Assembly (NCBI GenBank): GCA_964442705.1
Contig: CAYUAQ010000003.1
Location: forward strand, 102 to 64,101
DNA length: 64,000 nucleotides
Direction: 5' to 3'
Source of the DNA: an uncultured Desulfobacteraceae bacterium
Lineage (GTDB): Bacteria; Desulfobacterota; Desulfobacteria; Desulfobacterales; JALSRD01
Made by a program: the position numbers and the translations under genes. Each line of letters opens with the position of its first letter. Position 1 is the first letter of the stretch. The notes under the pieces were generated by a model that saw only the letters and a program-made list of their open reading frames with translations, was not told where the DNA came from and ran no database searches. Positions 59,564 to 64,000 of this stretch are shown piece by piece.

Positions 59564-60937
59564 ATGCAAACAGGAACCGTTCTTGTCGTCGACGACGATC
59601 CAAAGATTCGAAGCCTCATTGCAGAAGCGCTGGCGAAGAAGGGATTTAATACCTTCCAGGCAGCCGGCGGCGATGAAGCCCTCGACAAAATGGTGACGAA
59701 TCACACCTGCCTGATGATTACCGATGTCAAGATGCCCGACATGTCCGGCATCGAACTGCTCCGCCGGGTGAAACAGCGGGCACCGGAACTTCCCGTGCTG
59801 ATCGTAACGGGGTACGGTAGTATACGCAACGCGGCCGAAGCCATGCAGGAAGGTGCATGTGATTACCTGCTGAAACCGTTTTCCATGGAGACCCTGGTGC
59901 TGGCAGTGGAAAAGGCGCTGGATTCGGTCCGGGGACTCGGTCGCGGCGGGACCCTGCAAAGGCCGGCTGCCGCAGGGCCACGGAAAAAGATCATCACCCG
60001 CGATCCCTGCCTGCTGGCCCTGCTCGAATCCGCCGCCAATGTAGCCCCCAGCAATGCCACGGTACTGATTCAGGGGGAGAGTGGCACCGGAAAAGAGCTG
60101 CTGGCCTCCTACATTCATCACCACGGCCTCAATCCGGATGGTCCTTACGTGGCGGTGAACTGCGCATCGTTGCCGGAAAACCTGGCGGAAAGCGAGCTTT
60201 TCGGCCATGAAAAGGGCGCTTTTACCGGTGCTTTCAGCCGCAAAACCGGAAAGTTCGAACAGGCCGCCCACGGAACCATCGTTCTCGACGAGATCGGGGA
60301 AATGCCTCTGGCCCTGCAGGCCAAGCTGCTGCGGGCCTTGCAGGAAAGGGAGATCGACCGCATCGGGGGACAGGCGCCGGTGCCTGTCGATGCGCGTGTG
60401 ATCGTGATCAGCAACCGGGATCTCAGGGAAGCTGTGGCACAAGGCGCTTTCCGCCAGGATCTTTACTACCGTGTCAACGTGATTCCATTGACCGTCCCGC
60501 CCCTGCGCCAGCGCCGGGACGATATCCTGCTGCTGGCCGAGCACTTTCTGGCCCGCTTCTCCGCCCGGTACGGCAAATGCATGACGCGGGTATCCTCCCG
60601 TGCCGGGGCCATCCTGCTCAATAATCCCTGGCGGGGAAATGTCCGCGAGCTGGAAAATGCCATGGAAAGGGCGGTTCTCATGGGGTCGGGCGACCGGCTG
60701 CTGCCCGAGCACCTTTTCTTGGAAGATCAGGGCGCGCCGCCGGCGGTGGAGACGAAAAGCACGTGTGCTCCTTCCGCCGGAGTAACGTTGCGGGATATGG
60801 AGAAAAGGCTGATTTTCGAAACCCTCGACAAGGTCAGCGACAACCGCACGCATGCCGCCCGTATGTTGGGCATCAGCATCCGGACACTGCGAAACAAGCT
60901 GAAACAGTACCGTGAGGAGCAGGGCCTTGCCCGGTGA
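59564..60937 (+). CDS. Sigma-54-dependent response regulator (FlbD/FleR/FlrC-like), immediately upstream of flgB
   Basis: Start at ATG 59564 gives MQTGTVLVVDDDPKIR... Walker A GESGTGKE, GAFTGA loop, C-terminal AARMLGISIRTLRNKLKQY. Confidence 0.9.
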   Translation: MQTGTVLVVDDDPKIRSLIAEALAKKGFNTFQAAGGDEALDKMVTNHTCLMITDVKMPDMSGIELLRRVKQRAPELPVLIVTGYGSIRNAAEAMQEGACDYLLKPFSMETLVLAVEKALDSVRGLGRGGTLQRPAAAGPRKKIITRDPCLLALLESAANVAPSNATVLIQGESGTGKELLASYIHHHGLNPDGPYVAVNCASLPENLAESELFGHEKGAFTGAFSRKTGKFEQAAHGTIVLDEIGEMPLALQAKLLRALQEREIDRIGGQAPVPVDARVIVISNRDLREAVAQGAFRQDLYYRVNVIPLTVPPLRQRRDDILLLAEHFLARFSARYGKCMTRVSSRAGAILLNNPWRGNVRELENAMERAVLMGSGDRLLPEHLFLEDQGAPPAVETKSTCAPSAGVTLRDMEKRLIFETLDKVSDNRTHAARMLGISIRTLRNKLKQYREEQGLAR

Positions 60938-60973
60938 CGGTGTAGTGATTCCGCCTCTCGGTGGCCGGATATT

Positions 60974-61012
60974 ATTGCCCGCCGTTCCTGGTGGGGCGGC
61001 GGCAATATTTTC
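60974..61012 (+). terminator. Possible terminator after the activator gene
   Basis: ATTGCCCGCCG...CGGCGGCAAT stem (one bulge) followed by ATTTT. Confidence 0.4.
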
Positions 61013-61109
61013 CGACGGTGGGCCCCTTTTGGAAAGCAAATTATCTTGAAGCTTTTTAACTAACTGGTAATATAACAAAAAATGGTTATCAGCGCCTATG
61101 CTGTGAATT

Positions 61110-61125
61110 TGGAACGTAAATTGCA
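61110..61125 (+). promoter_or_regulatory. Sigma-54 promoter for flgB-flgC-fliE-fliF
   Basis: TGGAAC-GTAAA-TTGCA (GG-N10-GC), 69 nt upstream of the flgB ATG. Confidence 0.8.
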
Positions 61126-61193
61126 ATAATTGCAGAGCAACAGGAATCATTAGCAGGCGCCTTTTCAGGGCGCCGGTGGGAGGAGCCCCAAGC

Positions 61194-61616
61194 ATGCAGC
61201 CCAAAGGCCTGTTTTCAGACACCCTCTCTTTTCTTGAGAAGAGCCTGGACCTGCGGACCCGAAAACAGCGCGTTCTGGCAACCGACATTGCCAACGCCGA
61301 CACCCCGAATTTTCAGGCCTTCGATGTCATGGTCGAGGATGCCCTGAAGAAGGTCCGAGAGGCCCAGCGCGGTGATGCCTTCCAGTTGGTAACCACCAAC
61401 CGGCGGCACCTGTCACTGGAACAAGCCCCCTTTCCGGAACCGGTCGTAAGAACGCTGCCGGCGGATCCCTATTCCCTCAAGACCGACGGCAACACGGTGG
61501 ATGTGGACCGCGAGATGGGCAACCTGGCCAAAAACCAGATCATGTACAACACTTCCGTGGAGGTCATTGCCAGAAAGCTGCGATCTCTCAAGAACGTCAT
61601 CAAGGGAGGAAGATAA
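61194..61616 (+). CDS. flgB: Flagellar basal-body rod protein FlgB
   Basis: R..VLA.DIANADTPNFQA... is the FlgB signature. GGGAGGAG RBS before the ATG at 61194. Confidence 0.9.
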   Translation: MQPKGLFSDTLSFLEKSLDLRTRKQRVLATDIANADTPNFQAFDVMVEDALKKVREAQRGDAFQLVTTNRRHLSLEQAPFPEPVVRTLPADPYSLKTDGNTVDVDREMGNLAKNQIMYNTSVEVIARKLRSLKNVIKGGR

Positions 61617-61622
61617 CACGCC

Positions 61623-62060
61623 ATGAATGTTTTCGATGCCCTGCAGGTTAGTTCCTCGGGACTCAGCGCCCAGCGGCTGCGTCTCAATCTGATTGCCGAG
61701 AACATCGCCAACGTAAACACCACCAGCACCTACCAGGGGGGGCCCTATATGCGCCAGGAGCCGGTGTTTGCCGCCATGAGGCGGCCCAGGTCTTTCCAGG
61801 ATCTGCTGAATCTTCAGTTCCGTCCCCAGCAGGCTGAGGTGTCGGTGATCGACGTGATCGAGGACCCCAGGCCGCCCATCATCAAATACATGCCGGGTCA
61901 CCCCGATGCCGATGAAGACGGGCTGGTCCGTTTGCCCAACATCAATATTTTCGAAGAGATGGTCAACATGATATCGGCCCAGCGCAGTTATGAGGCCAAT
62001 GTCACCACCGTCAACGCCGCCAAGTCCATGGCCATGAAGGCCCTGGAGATCGGGAAGTAA
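61623..62060 (+). CDS. flgC: Flagellar basal-body rod protein FlgC
   Basis: 145 aa. SSSGLSAQRLRLNLIAENIANVNTT...MISAQRSYEAN. Confidence 0.95.
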   Translation: MNVFDALQVSSSGLSAQRLRLNLIAENIANVNTTSTYQGGPYMRQEPVFAAMRRPRSFQDLLNLQFRPQQAEVSVIDVIEDPRPPIIKYMPGHPDADEDGLVRLPNINIFEEMVNMISAQRSYEANVTTVNAAKSMAMKALEIGK

Positions 62061-62062
62061 CA

Positions 62063-62365
62063 ATGGATGAACTGCGTATCGACAACAGCCTCAGGCCAGC
62101 ACCGGTGGGAAAGGCGCAACCCGGAAAGACGGCAGGCCCCCAAGAAAAGGGGTTTGGCGAATTTCTGAGCGACTCCCTGGAGGAAGTCAACCGGCAGATC
62201 AGGACGGCCGATGAGCAGGCCCAGCGCATGGTGGCCGGGGAAGATGTCAGTATCCACGGCACCATGATCGATTTGGAGAAAGCCAATATTTCACTGGAAT
62301 TCATGCTTCAGGTCCGCAACAAGGTCATCGAGGCGTACCACGAGATAATGAGGATGCAGATCTAG
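62063..62365 (+). CDS. fliE: Flagellar hook-basal body complex protein FliE
   Basis: 100 aa. ...A..GE.VS.H..MI..EKA..SL.....VRNK..EAY.EIMRMQI. Confidence 0.9.
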   Translation: MDELRIDNSLRPAPVGKAQPGKTAGPQEKGFGEFLSDSLEEVNRQIRTADEQAQRMVAGEDVSIHGTMIDLEKANISLEFMLQVRNKVIEAYHEIMRMQI

Positions 62366-62386
62366 CCCTGAGGGGAGCCGTTTCTA

Positions 62387-63985
62387 ATGCAGATGCCAGG
62401 CGTTGTCACTCAGATGAAAATGCTTTTTCAGAACCTGTCGGCAGGCAAGAAGATCACCCTTTTTGCCCTCGTGGGCCTTTCCGCGACCGTGTTTTTTTTC
62501 ATCATCACATGGGCCGGCCGACCGGATTACCAGACCCTCTATACGAAGCTTTCGGCACAAGACGCCGCAGCGGCGGTGTCCTGGCTGAAAGAAAAACGGG
62601 TTGATTATCGCCTCATTGACCGGGGCAGGACGATTCAGGTGCCCAAGGAAAAGCTGTATGAGACCCGCATGGAAATGGCGGCCCAGGGCCTGCCCCAGGG
62701 CGGTGGTATCGGCATGGAGATCTTCGACAATTCCAAGCTGGGGATGACCGAGTTCGTCCAGAATGTCAACTACCAGCGCGCCCTGCAGGGTGAACTGTCC
62801 CGCACCATCAACGATCTGGCGGAGGTGGAGGGGTCGCGGGTGCACATCGTGATGGCCTCAAAGTCGCTGTTTGTGGAAGACCAGGAGCCGGCCACCGCCT
62901 CGGTGGTGCTCAAACTCAAACCCGGCCGGCACCTGTCGCGGGGACAGGTCGATGGCATCGTCCACTTGGTTTCGGCCAGCGTCTCCGGACTCAAACCCCA
63001 GAACGTCACCGTGGTCGACAACTCTGGCAAGATCCTGTCCGGTTTCGAAGATGAGATGCAGCTGGGCCGCAAGAGCATCCTGCTGCTGGAGTACCAGCAG
63101 AAGGTGGAGCGCAGCCTGGAGAACAAGATCAAATCCATGCTGGACAATGCCCTGGGGCCCGCCAAGGCCATCGTGCGGGCCTCCTGCGACTTTGACTTCC
63201 GGCAGCGGGAGCTGACCGAGGAGAAGTTCTTTCCCGAAAACAAAGTGGTGCGCAGCGAAAAGAAGAGCAGCGAAATCGCGGCCCGGCCGGACCAGATCCC
63301 CATGGGAGTTCCCGGCAAGACGGCCTACGCCGCTCCCGATACCACCAATTCCACCGTTGCCACCGGCCTTCCGGCCATCCAGAAACAGAACCAGATGGTC
63401 AACTATGAAATCGGCAAGGTCACCAGTCACGTGGTGGAGCCGGCCGTCAGACTGGTGAAAACCTCCGTGGCCGTCATCGTGGACGGCACCTACCGCAAGG
63501 TCACCGGCACCGACGGCAACGTCGAGATGCAGTACGTCGCCAGGAAGGCCGACGAACTCAAGCAGCTGGAGAACATCGTCAAGCGGGCCATCAATTTCGA
63601 CCCGGCGCGGGGCGATGAAGTTGTCATCGAGAACATCCCCTTTGATACCGAATCCTGGAAGGCCCTTTCCGAGGAGAAGGAAGAGGCGCCGGGATGGATG
63701 GCCAAGCTTGACGAGCACCGTCTGCTGGTCAAATACGGCATTGCCGGCTTTATTCTCTTTTTCACCTTCCTGTTCATCATCCGGCCGCTGGTACGGTGGT
63801 TGACGGGGGGGGCGGGACGGGATGTGCAGTTGCTGCAGCAGCTGCCCAAAACCGTCGGCGAAATCGAGAACGAGTATGAACACCAGGCGCGCAACCTGCC
63901 ATACAGTGATCAGGCTTCCCGGCTGGTGATGCGGGACAACACGGCCTCGGTCCAGTTGATTCGGGAATGGATGAAAGAGTCCTGA
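62387..63985 (+). CDS. fliF: Flagellar M-ring protein FliF
   Basis: 532 aa. N-terminal TM, YscJ/FliF ring-building motifs, second TM near the C-terminus, C-terminal FliG-binding tail. Confidence 0.95.
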   Translation: MQMPGVVTQMKMLFQNLSAGKKITLFALVGLSATVFFFIITWAGRPDYQTLYTKLSAQDAAAAVSWLKEKRVDYRLIDRGRTIQVPKEKLYETRMEMAAQGLPQGGGIGMEIFDNSKLGMTEFVQNVNYQRALQGELSRTINDLAEVEGSRVHIVMASKSLFVEDQEPATASVVLKLKPGRHLSRGQVDGIVHLVSASVSGLKPQNVTVVDNSGKILSGFEDEMQLGRKSILLLEYQQKVERSLENKIKSMLDNALGPAKAIVRASCDFDFRQRELTEEKFFPENKVVRSEKKSSEIAARPDQIPMGVPGKTAYAAPDTTNSTVATGLPAIQKQNQMVNYEIGKVTSHVVEPAVRLVKTSVAVIVDGTYRKVTGTDGNVEMQYVARKADELKQLENIVKRAINFDPARGDEVVIENIPFDTESWKALSEEKEEAPGWMAKLDEHRLLVKYGIAGFILFFTFLFIIRPLVRWLTGGAGRDVQLLQQLPKTVGEIENEYEHQARNLPYSDQASRLVMRDNTASVQLIREWMKES

Positions 63986-64000
63986 AGGCATGGATTGCGG

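Noticed and set aside
59561-61303. 580-aa minus-strand ORF spanning the activator gene, an intergenic region and the flgB start
   Set aside because: It runs antisense through a well-supported sigma-54 activator gene and across a promoter and terminator region. The translation is low-complexity. It is a shadow ORF.
1-64000. Search by eye for rRNA, tRNA, CRISPR arrays, IS elements, integrases, toxin-antitoxin or defence-island genes
   Set aside because: I found no tRNA-like T-arm (GGTTCGAATCC-type) strings, no regularly spaced direct repeats, and no transposase-, integrase- or restriction-like translations. The absence is only as good as a manual read. A covariance-model and repeat scan should confirm it.

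Overview
GC-rich Gram-negative chromosomal window. The gene content (type-B sdhCAB, full tol-pal, many sigma-54 activators) fits a Desulfobacterota-type organism, but I cannot confirm taxonomy from sequence alone.

Nt 1-29,000 is ordinary housekeeping: dnaX(3' part)-ybaB-recR, a divergent murI-like gene, usp, a ClC channel, an HTH-EIIA gene, sdhCAB, an HD hydrolase, an NtrC-type two-component operon, tolQRAB-pal-cpoB, ruvCAB, a DUF62 SAM enzyme, bactofilin, an EEP/CYTH pair, rplM-rpsI and an M24 peptidase.

Nt 29,400-64,000 is a dense flagellar and motility regulon:
- flaG
- a PomAB-like stator
- a PAS-DHp-only kinase remnant
- fliK-like plus flhB-CTD-like genes
- a CheX-CheX-FliN fusion
- a second, divergent MotAB stator
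- a hybrid kinase and three sigma-54 activators
- flagellin, then flbT-flaF
- flgB-flgC-fliE-fliF

By eye I found six near-consensus sigma-54 promoters (GG-N10-GC) and four strong plus three weaker sigma-28 (TAAAG-N11-GCCGATAA) promoters that partition this regulon.

The stand-out object is one uninterrupted 2,742-codon ORF (47576..55804, minus strand) beside flagellin. It fuses an FkbM methyltransferase, a ParB/nucleotidyltransferase-like region, four GT2 glycosyltransferase modules and five TPR blocks. A sharp G+C seam with a C8 tract sits exactly at one module boundary, and the ORF has its own sigma-54 promoter. I read it as a candidate single-polypeptide flagellin (or surface) glycan assembly machine.

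Other items worth follow-up:
- two sigma-28-driven Arg-rich hexad-repeat mini-proteins, each next to a stator operon
- an orphan sigma-28 promoter with an unannotated ORF
- TTGCA heptamer arrays in an 850-nt ORF-free AT-rich regulatory region

I saw no rRNA, tRNA, CRISPR array, IS element or integrase. All calls rest on reading the translations and motifs by eye. No database search was run.
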